Assembly: GCF_016432865.1 (NCBI RefSeq) | Contig: NC_067400.1 | Span: 262,136,001-262,200,000, forward strand | DNA length: 64,000 bases | Reading direction: 5' to 3' | Source: Antechinus flavipes | Taxonomy: Eukaryota | Shown: positions 26,560 through 38,299 of the stretch, piece by piece | Numbering within the stretch: position 1 is the first letter of the stretch | How the letters are laid out: the number at the start of each line of letters is the position of its first letter | Translations under genes and position numbers: made by a program | The notes under the pieces: model-generated | Seen by the model: only the letters and a program-made list of their open reading frames with translations | Told to the model about the DNA's origin: nothing | The model's database searches: none

Positions 26560-28056
26560 TTTTTCTTTTCTCAGCAGATAAATCATAGACTGTAGTTAGT
26601 TATTGTCCTTAATTCTCAAAGAGGACTAAAATGACATAACTATGTCATGTTAGAATTCTAAATTTTTCATTTTTATAACAGTAATGGTATAATATGTATA
26701 AACTTTTTCTGATACTGTTTACTTCATTCTTTATCAGTTCATAGAAATTTTCCCCATGTCTCTTCAAAATCATCTTTTTTCTTCCTTTCTTAGAACACAT
26801 ATTATTCCCTTACATTTATATGTCACAATTTATTCAGCCATAGACATACCCTTACTTTTAGCTTTTTTTCCATCACACATAAAAAATTCCCAGCTATAAA
26901 CACTTTTGTATTTATAAGACTTTGGATTTATACTGTTTGGTAACTTTTTGTGCATAATTAGAAATTTCTTTTCAGAATGTTCAGACTTGTCCATTAGAAG
27001 CTCTGCCAAAAATAAATCAATGTGCCTATTCTCTCAAAGTCCATCTCCCATCCCCCACCATAGTTGTCATTTTTTAAATGGTCATCTTTGCCAATCTGAT
27101 TGGTGAAATATTCCTCTAAATTTGGAGCATTTTTTATATGGCTATACTTAGCCTGAGTTCTTCTCAAATCAGATAATATTTGTAAAGCACTCAGTGTCTG
27201 ATATATAGTAAGAAGTATATACATTCTTACCATCCATTGAAAACTTTCTGCTCAAATCCTTAAACTATTTATCATTGAAGGAGTGGCTCTTATTTTTATA
27301 AATTTGAAACAGTTTCATATATGACCTCAAAATAACATTTCATCATAGGCAATTGCTGCAAAGATTCCTTCTCCCCCAATTTGTTTTTTCCCTTTTAATG
27401 TCAGGTATGTTGGAATTTTTATGCATATACTAAAACATTTTATGTAATCAAAATTATCCATTTTATTTTTTGTAATCTTTTCTGTCCTCTATCCAGATGT
27501 TTGATAAGCAAATTCTTCTTTATTTTTCTTTCATCTATAGGTCACATCTGTGTCTATCCATTTGGAGCTTATCTAAGTTTAATATGTGAGATGTTGGTCA
27601 AAACCTAATTTCTTCTATACTATTGTCCAATTTTCCCAGTTTTTTAAATCAAATAGTAAGTTCTTATCCCAGCAGCTGGAGTCTAGTAGCTACTGTTAAT
27701 TCTTTTTCTTCTGCATAGGGTACACCTAATTTATTCACTGAAAGTTCTTTTTTTTTTCTTTAAGCTAATATGAAATTGTTTTGAGAATTCCTTCTTGGGG
27801 ACGTATGATTATAATATGTGATCTAATGTTTGTTCTCACTTTTTTCATTATTGCCCTTGAGATTCTTGACCTCATGTCTTGACCATCATGACCAGATGAA
27901 TTTAAAAAAATTTTTTTTCTCATTCTAAACAGTAATATTTTGTAGTTTGGTAGGACACTGAAAAAAATTAATTAATTTAGATAATGTTGATATTTTTTGT
28001 TATATTGGCTCTGTACCTATAAGCAATTAATATTTCTCCTATTATTTAGCACTGCA
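26560..28056 (-). mobile_element. Old L1 (3'UTR to ORF2), fragmented
   Basis: Typical antisense L1 ORF2/3'UTR text; KNAVLNNRRNINC peptide at the right edge. Confidence 0.75.
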
Positions 28057-29966
28057 TTTTTTTTCTCTCTCAATTCCATAGCTGGGACATCCCAATCAAC
28101 TGGGAGAAGGTTTATCTGGGTCGTCTTGATCTTCATGCTCAGCGAGTTTTCCTTGCTTGAAATTCTCACAATTTTCGGCAAAGTTCCTAGAGAACATTTG
28201 CCACCTTTCCATCTTCTCTGGGACATCAGAGGAGCTGAAGTGCTATAAGATAGCTTTTGACAAAGATGGAACAGTCCTCTTTCATGTCATTTTTGTCTAT
28301 GTCTGCATCTCTCTGAAGAATGTCTGTGTCATATTTGTTTTGTGAGCTAGATTTTATTACTTTATATTTTTAAAGAGATTTAAAATGCAGCCAAAAACAA
28401 CAACAAAAAATTTCCATAAGGTAGTTAGAACACTGTGAAAGATTTCTTAGTATCCTTGACGCCCACCTTACAAAGAGAAAAAGTCTGACTTTTTCCTCTG
28501 GACCTCAGTTCTGGTCAAGCTGGAGGTTACAGAAATAAAGTTAGCTAATTAAAATTAAAATAACATCTTAGCAGATTCTCAAAGCAATGATTAAGAAGTT
28601 TGGCAATTAGTCATTTTAAGATTGCAAGAAAAAGTTCCTGAAATGTTAGGGATATTGTAGGAATTCACCCCATTCTGAAAGAAAAGAAAAAAAAAAGTTA
28701 GGTAAATAGCAACTTTTTGCTAATCCTTCCTTGACTCCTATTTTGTCCAGAATCCCCTTCTGCTCCTTTCAGAAAGCCCCAGAAGGTATTACGGAATGCT
28801 CTCCACAACCCTGATCACTCAGCATGCTCCACATCCCCGAGGTCCTGAGTGCATCTCAGTTGTGGGGATTGCTAACAAGTCTCTCTGTTTGCCAAATTCT
28901 CCCATCTCAGATGGAATTAAGAAAAGAGAATACCCAGTTTGCAGGAGTTGGGGTCAGGTCCCATGGTCAGCATTCCCTGAGCCCTGACACCTGAAACTAC
29001 CATCAAAGGCAGATCGTGGCACCAGTCACCCCAGATTTTAGCAGGTTCTGTCCAGAAATTGTCTGGGAAGAATGCAGATACCCCTGGTAGCACCCACCAT
29101 GGCAGTATGAGGTAAGAAAACCAATCAGTCTTTGCATTTGGTAAACTCACCGTTCTCTGTTTCAGTGGTGGATATATATTAGGTATGTAATTTATGGCAA
29201 ATTATTTCTGATTTGAAAAGAAAAATAGTAGTTTTTTGATGTGACCAATATATAAGCCAATGTTGAGATAAATGATATTTTTTTGTGTGTAAAGTAATTT
29301 GGAAGAAAATTCAACTAAATTAAGGCCTCCTCAAGACTAAGAGGATAGTGCATTGAAGAAAAAGAGTCTCTTTCTCTTTCTTCCTCCTTCCCTCCTTCCC
29401 TGACTGCAGCAGGGATAGAGGGACAAAGGGGTGAAAGGGAGAGAAAGAAAACACACTCAGTTTAATGAAATTTGTTATTTGATATATAATAGTAAAAAGT
29501 AATTTTAAAGGAGCTCTAATCAAAAGCTGCTATAAACAACCTGCTTTTGGGTTATCTAGAATTAACTTCTGAGGGCCCTGTCAGTAAAAACTGGCATCTT
29601 CACTCTTTCCTGGCTCACAAAAGAGCAATGGCTTGTGTGAATTGGAAAATAACCAAATGGCAATTCAGTTTGTCTGGAAAATTTAATTAGAATTTAGGGA
29701 ATCTCATGAACTAAAGTTGTCAATTTAAAAATCTGTTCTATCTCAAATTTAAGAATTGTCTTGTTTTCTCCCTAAAACAAAAGAGAAACTTATTTAAGGG
29801 GATAAAAATCCTCTCTGAGAACTTCCAAAGCTACAACAGCTTGGGACAGAATAAACTGAATAAAAAGAAAGAGGAAAGTTTAATTAGCCTTGTTAATCCC
29901 ATTTTATAATATTTCACATATGTAATTTAGGGAATTAGGTATTTTCACTTTTGCTAGAAAATTAAG

Positions 29967-30135
29967 AGGAGGCAATTAGGTGATGCAGTGGTTAGAGCAT
30001 CAGCCCTGAAGTCAGGAGGACCTGAGTTCAAATCTGGTCTCAGACACTTAACACTTTCTAGCTGTGTGATCCTGGACAAGTTACTTAACTCCAATTGCCT
30101 CAGGAAAAAAAAGAATAAGAAAAGAAAAAGAAAAA
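29967..30135 (+). mobile_element. WSINE1 nested in ERV copy 2
   Basis: Full tRNA-derived body ending CCAATTGCCTCAGG plus A-tail; AGAAAATTAA duplicated at 29956 and 30136. Confidence 0.9.
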
Positions 30136-30660
30136 AGAAAATTAAAAGGAAATTATAGCTAAGACTATTTGGCTATTGCTTAGGAAAATTATAAAATTGT
30201 TAACTGTTATTGTCATCATGTTAAACCTAAAATTGGTAATTACTGTGTATGGAACAAGAGGGATGAGGTGAAAGATTCATCAGTTCACCTTCAAACATGA
30301 GATATGCAACACCTTTTTGTCTGTCACAGAGTGGGGAGGGGTATCAAACAGCCCTGCCCATAAAAACACTAAAAATGTTTGGGGTGGACAACAGTAAGCT
30401 CAGCCTCTTTCCTGGGGTTCTCTGTCAATCCCTTTTAATGTCACAGGTAGAAGTCTTATCTAGGCAAGAGTTGGGAGGACAGCTTTAACTTCTGCTCAAG
30501 ATCATCTCCTTCTGACTCAGTTTCCCAGCTCTGTTTCTGATTATTCCTGAGTCTTGCTATGAGGTGGAATTGATACTGCATGATTGGTTTCAAACAGATT
30601 ATAGAAATCTAGATTTCTTTAATCAGAGCAAGTGGTCACTGGAAACCATGAACATAATAC

Positions 30661-30900
30661 AAGTATGTGGATGATATCTTGGTCTGCAGTCCAACCCTGG
30701 AGGCTTCTCTGGCTGCTGCCATACAATCCCCTAACTTCCTGCCCTCTCCTCCACAGGGCTTTCTTTGTCTAGAGGCTCACTTTGCCTATCATTCTGTTAA
30801 GTATTTGGGCCATGAATTAACTCCCACCTCCCTTTTGCTCACAGGGGGAGAGGAAGCAATCTTATCATACCTTGAACCTTACAGTTACATTCCAGACTCG
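30661..30900 (+). pseudogene. pol: ERV reverse transcriptase remnant
   Basis: KYVDDILVCSP...SVKYLGHEL; YVDD catalytic motif at 30664-30675. Confidence 0.92.
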
Positions 30901-30999
30901 GTACCTGCTACCACAGTCCCTAGATTTTGGAATCTTTCACCCTGCTATGAGAATCTGAGTGATCTCCAGAGGTAAGAGACTAATATAAAGCATCACAGT

Positions 31000-33180
31000 T
31001 CTTGCCAGGATGTTATTTTGAGAACAAGAGGAATTCGCTCTCATGTTTTTCCATACCCAAAGGCAGTGGTACTATTTGGACATGAGGCACATGTCCATAG
31101 TACAGACATAGAAATTGCTTTTTGTTTGGACTCTTTACAGAGTACTTTACCCAATCTATCTAGGCATTGGTGTCTATCACTTGCCTTAAGTCCTTGACTT
31201 GATTCCAAATCTTCCTAAGAGATCTATCTAAATGTCCCTTCTAGCAACCCAAATATTATTCCAAATTGGACAGGCAGTTCCATAAAATTCTTTTTCTATT
31301 AGGACACAAATGTCTATTGTAACTACTTGTTTATGGCTAGTCAAACCTCTACATTCTATAATTTGATAAGTATCAAACTGAATTGTTTGGAGGTTTCTTC
31401 CTTGGTAATATTAACCCAAATCTTAACTTGATGTCCCCATCCTAAGCCCCCCAAACTAGCCTTAATAATTGCTTTTAGAGGAATAACATTAATCCTACAT
31501 ACCCTCCCCCCCTTCACAGGACTGATGGACTCCCTTACAGGGAACCCATTCAGTCACTGGGTAGTTTGGGGTCCACCCCCAACCAGTTCCAGTTCCTTTC
31601 TTCCCAAACAAATGGGGACCAAGTCTTTTGGGACATGGAGCAATAATCTCATCTTTTGAAACTACTTCCCACTGAGAATGGGCATTGAATTGGGTCATTC
31701 CACAGGATCCATTTGAAGGAGCTTGACTGATTGAACATCCAGTGGGTTGAGTCAGACTCCTGAAACTGTTCAATACAGCTATGTAATGCTGGTCATTTGA
31801 AGGTGAATAGCTCAAAGCCTAGTTGGAAAAAAGAAAAACCTAAGAGAGAGAAAGCAAGTACAAAGAGCAGAGCTCTCATTCTTGGGAGATCTGTTTATAC
31901 CTTCCTGAAGATTCTGTAAATAGTTAGATATCATCTCTTTTTTAGAGACCCAATTATGCCCCAAAAGCAATTTTCAGAAAGAAGGAATCCCAAAATAACA
32001 GAGGTACTCACAAAATCCTTTATTAACAGGTCTCATTTGCCTACCAAAATCAGGATATAGTGGTAGAGATTAATCCAGACTTCTGTATGAGGCATATGTG
32101 TAAAGTCTCTGCAAGCATATACTTTTCAAGATATTCCCCCTCTTTTGCCTGTTGCAGAATGGACTGGGAAAGATCAATGTAGATTGGTTAGCAGCTTTTC
32201 AATACAAATTACTCAGAAAGAAACACTATACACACTATACAAATAAATGATATATCCACTTTAGTAACAGACAAATAAAAGTGACTTTCCCATTGATGTA
32301 AGAAAATATTCCATAAGTTACATCCCTCTAAGAAAACTTGAGTACACTAAAATCCTCTTCTCTAAACCACATGAAAGATATTCCAATTTCAATAATCAAT
32401 AAAAATAACAGGTCCTATAGACAGTAATATCAATTGTTTTTATATTTACATAAGGTCCTTAAAGGACTTTATTTCATATTGAGTAACACATAGATGACCA
32501 GGTCAAACACTCATTTACCTAATTATAAGATACATTGATTACATTACATGAAATATACTACATAAATTCAGATTGAAAACAGCAAGATATTACATACTTG
32601 AACTGTGTTTTTGGTTTCTATTGACCACTTACTCTGATTATAGAAATTTGTCATAAGAGGAAAATGCAGGGGCATGAGTATAATAGCTAGCAATCCCACC
32701 TTATAGCCAACTCAGGAATCCATTTGAGTTACTTAATGGTATTTTTCTCAAATGGTGGATTACTAACTTAATTCAAATAATCATTCCCAAATTCAAAACT
32801 CAAAACAGAAAACAAGAGTTTTCATCTCAATAACAAATTTCACTAATCTGAGGTTTTAGATCCTAATCCTATGTGCCTTGCAGAATAGCACAAATAAAAC
32901 TAGATGCTTAGGCTGTCAAGTTGAAATCTTGCTCTAGGTTCTTCAAGAAAGCACATTTGCTATCATCTTCATTAAAAAATGAGACCACGATGCTCTTAAT
33001 AAATTTGATAATTTGCTAAACAGGTTTTGAAATAAGCATTTTCAGAGAATTTGCAGTTAACCAGAAATATTAAAAACTTCTCTTAGAAGTTTCTTGCATT
33101 GCTAAATAGTAGAACCTTTGATAGAACTTCACAAATGATTTTGCCTTAAAACAATCACAGGCTTGAAAAATAAAAACATT
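31000..33180 (-). mobile_element. Decayed ERV1 internal region (copy 3): RT remnant, integrase tail, env remnant
   Basis: Shared TAATCAGAGTAAGTGGTCA block at 32640 downward; integrase-tail-like ..SQWEVVSKDE; env motifs. Confidence 0.8.
31010..31500 (-). pseudogene. env: ERV env SU remnant (stops/frameshifts, no TM)
   Basis: WVNITKE..FDTYQIIEC and DTNA*IDWVKYSVKS..QIVPLPLG resemble class I env SU motifs (INVT..FDAC; NAWLEW.KY..QIVP.PLG). Confidence 0.75.
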
Positions 33181-33449
33181 CAGTTATTAATACCATGTAA
33201 ATGTAAGCTATTCCTTTAAACAATAGAAGCAATTAATGTTAAAGTAATTTCATTTAACTGGAGGGGGCGGTTTGCATAAATTGGAGGAGGGTTGAACTCC
33301 AATGAGTGAGTTTGTTTTCTCATCTCTGAGTAGCAGCCACATCCAGTAAGGGAAGCCTTTACCTTCCCAAGCCAACAGGTCTTGGACAGTCTATGAAAAG
33401 GAAAGCCCAAGCTATTTCAGAGAGAATGCACTAGAAAGGGGATTACCTA

Positions 33450-33730
33450 TGTCTGTGTGTGTATGTTTATGGGGTGACTATGAAAAGTCTCTTTCAGAAG
33501 ACTGAGAGGTGAATTATCTTAAATAAAGCCACAAAAACCAGGAGGGAGAGTTAAGGAGGAAGAATATTCCAGGAATGGGACTCAGCCATTGAAAGTTGAA
33601 CCAGTTAGGAGATGGAAGGTTATATGAAGAGAAGACCAGTGTGGTTGGATTATGGAGCACATAGAGAGAAGTCAAGTATAAAAAATCCTGAAAAAGTAGG
33701 AAGGGATCAAGTCAGAAAAGGTTTTAAAAG
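33450..33730 (-). mobile_element. L2 fragment
   Basis: GAATATTCCAGG..GGAGATGGA..CCAGTGTGG..AGTAGGAAGGG typical of antisense L2. Confidence 0.55.
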
Positions 33731-34199
33731 TCTATAGAACTCCCAAATTAAAAAGATCACAGATCCTTTTGAGTATTAGAACCAAAGGTTAGCAAAATAA
33801 GACATTTAAATTAAAAAGACAAAGATATCAAAAAATCTGAAGGAGCCAAAATGGCAAAACTGGAAATAGATGAATAAGAAAACCCAAACTCAGAAAAAAG
33901 AAACTGAATAGAAGCTAATGAACTGTCATAAAAAAAAAAAAAAACAAACATCATTATCAGATAGTCATTGGTCATTATTTGGGTGCCCCAATTGACTCTT
34001 AGTGAATATAAATGGCAACTGTTTCTGTTTGGCCAGAACCCCAAGTGTCTTCCCCTCCCAAATTGATTTTTTTTTTAAACCAGGTAAAAGAGGCCATTCT
34101 CTGTCACATTTCTTACCTAGCTGGGTAATGGGTATTGCTTCAGTCAAACTGACATATGTTAAAGATCCAAATTTAGAAAGGCCTAGAATTCCCATTGTA

Positions 34200-34378
34200 T
34201 CCATCTCCAGTCATCCTGATGTACATCTTGCCACTGGGCCCATGTGGCTCTGGAGGAGAAAGTGAGACAGGTGACCTTGTCTAGACCTCCCTCACTTCAG
34301 TCCAACTCACTCACATGTCCCGGTGTCTCCTCCCTGAGGTCGTGGAACTCTTCAGAACCAAGGACAAGCAACAACAAT
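34200..34378. mobile_element. Marsupial short interspersed repeat (RTE-mobilised-SINE-like)
   Basis: CTGGAGGAGAAAGTGAG..CCTCCCTCACTT..AAGGACAAGCAACAAC. Confidence 0.65.
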
Positions 34379-35119
34379 CTAGTCTACCTATAGCACTTTG
34401 CAGGAATATCATGTTCAAGAACAACAACAAAATAAGACCTAGAATCCCGATTCCACAAATGGCTATTTGGTAAGAGAGAAATTAACTTTCCTCTGTCCCC
34501 AAAGGACAGAAATAGGGACAATGGATTCAAGTTGCAAAGAGATTGATTTTTTAGCTTGATATGAAGCGTAATTCTAACGATTACAGCTAATCCAATAGTG
34601 GAATGGGCTGCCTAATGGTAGGACATCTCCCCCACATTCCCATCCCCACCTCTGAGTTCTTTAAACAGATGATGGGTAGGATTAGGGGACTTGTAGAAGT
34701 TTCAAAAACCTCCATTCTCATGGTTAGTTTGTATGTCAAAAAACCAAATTCAGTGTGGTTTCCTCAGGAATTTCTGAAAGCTCTGGATAATTAAAGCACA
34801 ACCACATCGTTGTTCATTAAAAGATACACTCGGATTTGTTGGTTGGGCAAATTCAGGCTGCAGGCCAGATTCTCTCTCTGTGTGTCTCTCTGTCTGTCTG
34901 TCTGTCTCATGCCAGGAGGCACAAAGGAACTTAGAGAGGTGACTGCCTAGCAACAGATATTATTAGAAATAATAAAACTAAAAAGCACAGTATTCATTTT
35001 TAATAAAATTATGTTCCCCAAGGTCATGCAGCAAGTTCTTTGCCCATTCATGTAAAGCCCCAAGCTGTCCTATATCTATGTAATGTGCCACTTTGCAGTA
35101 GCTCACACTGCTTTTCAGC

Positions 35120-35600
35120 TCTGACATGTTAATAAGCCTTAGTGCTGGAAGCTTCCCTCTGGGTCTCTGTGCACCATTTCCATCGCCATGAGCTCAGAAA
35201 CTTTCCCAGACTTCTCAGTGCCAGCCCAGCCAGTTTCTGCATGATCTACAGCTGCAGGTGCATTGCCTGTGGCTGAGAATGAGCAAGCCAGGAGAAGTAG
35301 GCCACAGAGCTGCTCCTCAATAAAATGTGGCATCCATAGCACATACTTCATCATTCACAGCCCTCCAGCAAGAACGGCTTTCAATGAGCAATTCAGATGC
35401 AGTGCTTGGTAATAAAGTAGCCTGAGCCTGAGGGACTGAGAACCCAAGTGTTTCGAGGCCTTTGGTGGATGGCTCTCCCTGATCCCTGCCCATCCATCTC
35501 TGTCACTGGTCCAGAATGCCCTTATAACCCCAAAGGGCCCTGCACCTGTGCCCAGTGCCATGATTTCTCAGCCCTTGCTGGCAGTGCTCAATGGGTGCAT
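35120..35600 (-). pseudogene. pol: Probable class III (ERV-L) pol remnant
   Basis: Frameshifted SDRDGW..FIEEQL..IMQ..SSWRWKWC parallels the ERV-L pol order DRDAVW..FERQLLAC..PIMNW..IKWKWY (from memory). Confidence 0.5.
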
Positions 35601-35904
35601 CCTGCCATCTTCTTTCTTTAATTCTTTCTATGAACCTGATAACTTTGAAGGACTTAAGAACTCTGGTCAATGTAATCCCTAATTATGGTTCCAAAGGACC
35701 CCCGTGATGAAGCCTGCCAGTCACTTCTGACAGCAAGGTGATAAAGTCAAGTTTGCCACATACACATATCCATACCCACATATATACACATCCACACACA
35801 TGTATGTCTCATAATTTATATACATTTATAATTTATTTACATATTTATAAGTTATGAGACATGATGAAAATGATGACTTTTTTCTTTTCTTTGCTTTTTC
35901 TTTT

Positions 35905-36040
35905 TCTTTTTTTTTTTTTCCTGAGGCAATTGGGGTTAGATGACTTGCCCAGGATCACACAGCTAGGAAGTGTTAAGTGTCTGAAACCAGATTTGAACTC
36001 AGATCTCCTGACTTCAGGGTTCATGCTCTATCCAGTGTCC
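35905..36040 (-). mobile_element. WSINE1
   Basis: Poly-T, CCTGAGGCAATTGGGG..CTAGGAAGTGTTAAGTGTCTGA. Confidence 0.9.
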
Positions 36041-36909
36041 TAATGATGACAATTTTGGTGAAAATGAAAAATATATTCTCAGACATGACTAGTGTGCGAA
36101 TTTCTTTTGCTGATAACATATAGTTTTTATAAAGGTTTTGTGACCTCAGAAATCATAGGGGCAGTCTAGAAAGGCAGGACTCCTAAAAGTATTGTGTTGT
36201 GCATTTTTTAATGTTTTAATGCTCTTAAAAGAAGAAAGAAAAGGAGGGGGAAATGGAATATGTGAGGGGTAAAGGAAGAGGAAGAAAGGGAGATCATCTC
36301 ACATAATTTTTATGGGCAAGTAGATTATACAAATGAGGAAGGAGCCAGGAGGAATGGATAATACTTGAATGGTTGAATTTGTAATCTATATTGAATAAAA
36401 GGAGGAAAGACTACAAACACATAATTAGATGTAGACATCATTTCATTTGACCAGAGATTAGAAATACATTTCATTCAACAGAGAAATAGCAGAGAAATAA
36501 AATAATGGAGAGGCGAGAATAAAAAAGAGAACAGGTTAGGGAAGTAATTACTCCTGAGCAAAACAAACTCTGAGAAATTGTGAAGAGAGGTGTAAAGAGG
36601 GAAAGAAAGAAAGTCTGTGGTTGTATTCAGGGTGAGGGAAAAAAAAGAGGAGAAGGGGAACAGAAACAGACATTTAGAACATTGATGCTGAGCTTTCTCA
36701 TCCCTCATCTGTCTCTTCTTATTTATAAAGAAGGGACTGGAAATTCTGTTCAGAACAAGGACCAGTCATGATTCTGATGACTTATGTTGGCACATACCAA
36801 CCATGTTTTCCATGCTAAATGCATGACATTTACACAAGGACATGTGGTTATTTGTATTTCTTAACTATTCTTAACTATAGTTAATAATGGTTTTTGCTTT
36901 TTTTTTTTC

Positions 36910-37150
36910 AGCTAGGCATCTGGGGGCCTACTGGATAGAATGGTGATCCTGGAGTGAAGAAAATCCAAGTTCAAATTCAGCCTCAGATCTTTATTATCCA
37001 TGTAACGCTGGACAAGTCACTTAATCTCTGTCTTCCTCAATTTTTCCAACTGTGAAATAGGGACAACAACAGCACTTAAGCTCCCAGGGTTGTTGTGAGT
37101 CCAAAGAGAAAGTAGTTGTAAAGGCCTTAGCATAGTTTCTGGCACATCTT
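36910..37150 (+). mobile_element. MIR SINE
   Basis: TTCAAATTCAGCCTCAG..GGACAAGTCACTTAATCTC..GGGTTGTTGTGAG. Confidence 0.75.
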
Positions 37151-37382
37151 AGTTCTTTCCTTTTAGTATTAGGTTTTTTTGGGGGAGGGGAGTGTGTAGA
37201 GAGAGAAGATGAAAAGAATTGAAGGTGGATTTTCTTCAATTGAAAAAAAAATTTTTAAAGAGAGGATATATGTTTGATTTAGCTAAGATTAGAAGGGAAA
37301 GAGTTAATTGTGGAAAAAAATCTTTGCATCAAGTTTCTGTGATAAAGTTTTCATTTCCTAGGTATATAAGAAATTGGTTAAC

Positions 37383-38050
37383 ATGAAGCACATACTTGGA
37401 AATTGAGTGGATGCCCATCAACTGGAGAATGGCTGAATAAACTGTGGTATATAAGTGTTATAGAATATTATTGTTCTGTAAGAAATGACCAACAGGATGA
37501 TTTCAGAGAGATTTAGAGAAAATTACAGAAACTAATGCTGAGTGAAATGAGCAGGACCAGGAGATCATTATATACTTCAACAACAATACTATATGATGAT
37601 CAATTCTAATGGATGTGGCCCTCTTCAACAATGAGATGAACCAAATCAGTTCCAATAGAGCAGTAATAAATTGAACTAGCTACACCCAGCAAAAGAACTC
37701 TGAGAAATGAGTAAGAACCACAACATAGAATTCCCAATCCCTCTATTTTTGTCTGTCTGCATTTTTTATTTCCTTTACAGATTAATTGTACACTAGTTCA
37801 AAGTCTGATTCTTTTTGTACAGCAAAATAATTGTATGGACATATATATATATATATATTGTATTTAACATATACTTTAACATATTTAACATGTATTAGTC
37901 AACCTGCCATCTTGGGGAGAGAGTGGGAGGAAGGAGGGGAAAAGTTAGAACAAAAGGTTTTGCAATTGTCAATGCTGAAAAATTACCCATGCATATATAT
38001 ATCTTGTAAATAAAAAGCTATAATAATAAAAAAAATTCTTTAAAAAAAAT
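37383..38050 (+). mobile_element. L1 3' end (dasyurid-type 3'UTR)
   Basis: GCCCATCAACTGGAGAATGGCTGAATAA..ATCTTGTAAATAAAAAGCT plus A-tail. Confidence 0.92.
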
Positions 38051-38299
38051 GAAGCACATACTATGTGCCATTGGGGTTAAAAAGAAAGGCAAAAAAAATT
38101 AGTTCCTGCTTTCAAGAAACTCTCAGTCTAATGGGGAGAAAATAGTATAGAAAAAAGATGGCAAAAACATTAAAAATTTTAAGTTTTAAAAGAATTTACT
38201 TAGGACTTTTCAACTACGTAGCATGGTAGGTCACACAGGAGCCCAGTTCTGTTTTTATTCTAGTAATGACATCAAGAGTGCTAGATTGAATAATAACTA

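Larger units (their letters stand above)
28280..30990 (+). mobile_element. Decayed ERV1 internal region (copy 2), same family as 1383-5000
   Basis: 28280-28350 matches 1920-1990 (..GTGAGCTAG), AAAAGTCTGACTTT block is shared, and an RT remnant is present. Confidence 0.85.

Noticed and set aside
29967-30110. tRNA-like A/B boxes
   Set aside because: SINE head (WSINE1), not a tRNA gene; the same applies to the other SINE heads.
31495-31815. 106-aa ORF bounded by splice-like sites, initially resembling a host exon
   Set aside because: It lies at the integrase/env boundary of ERV copy 3 and is better explained as proviral sequence.
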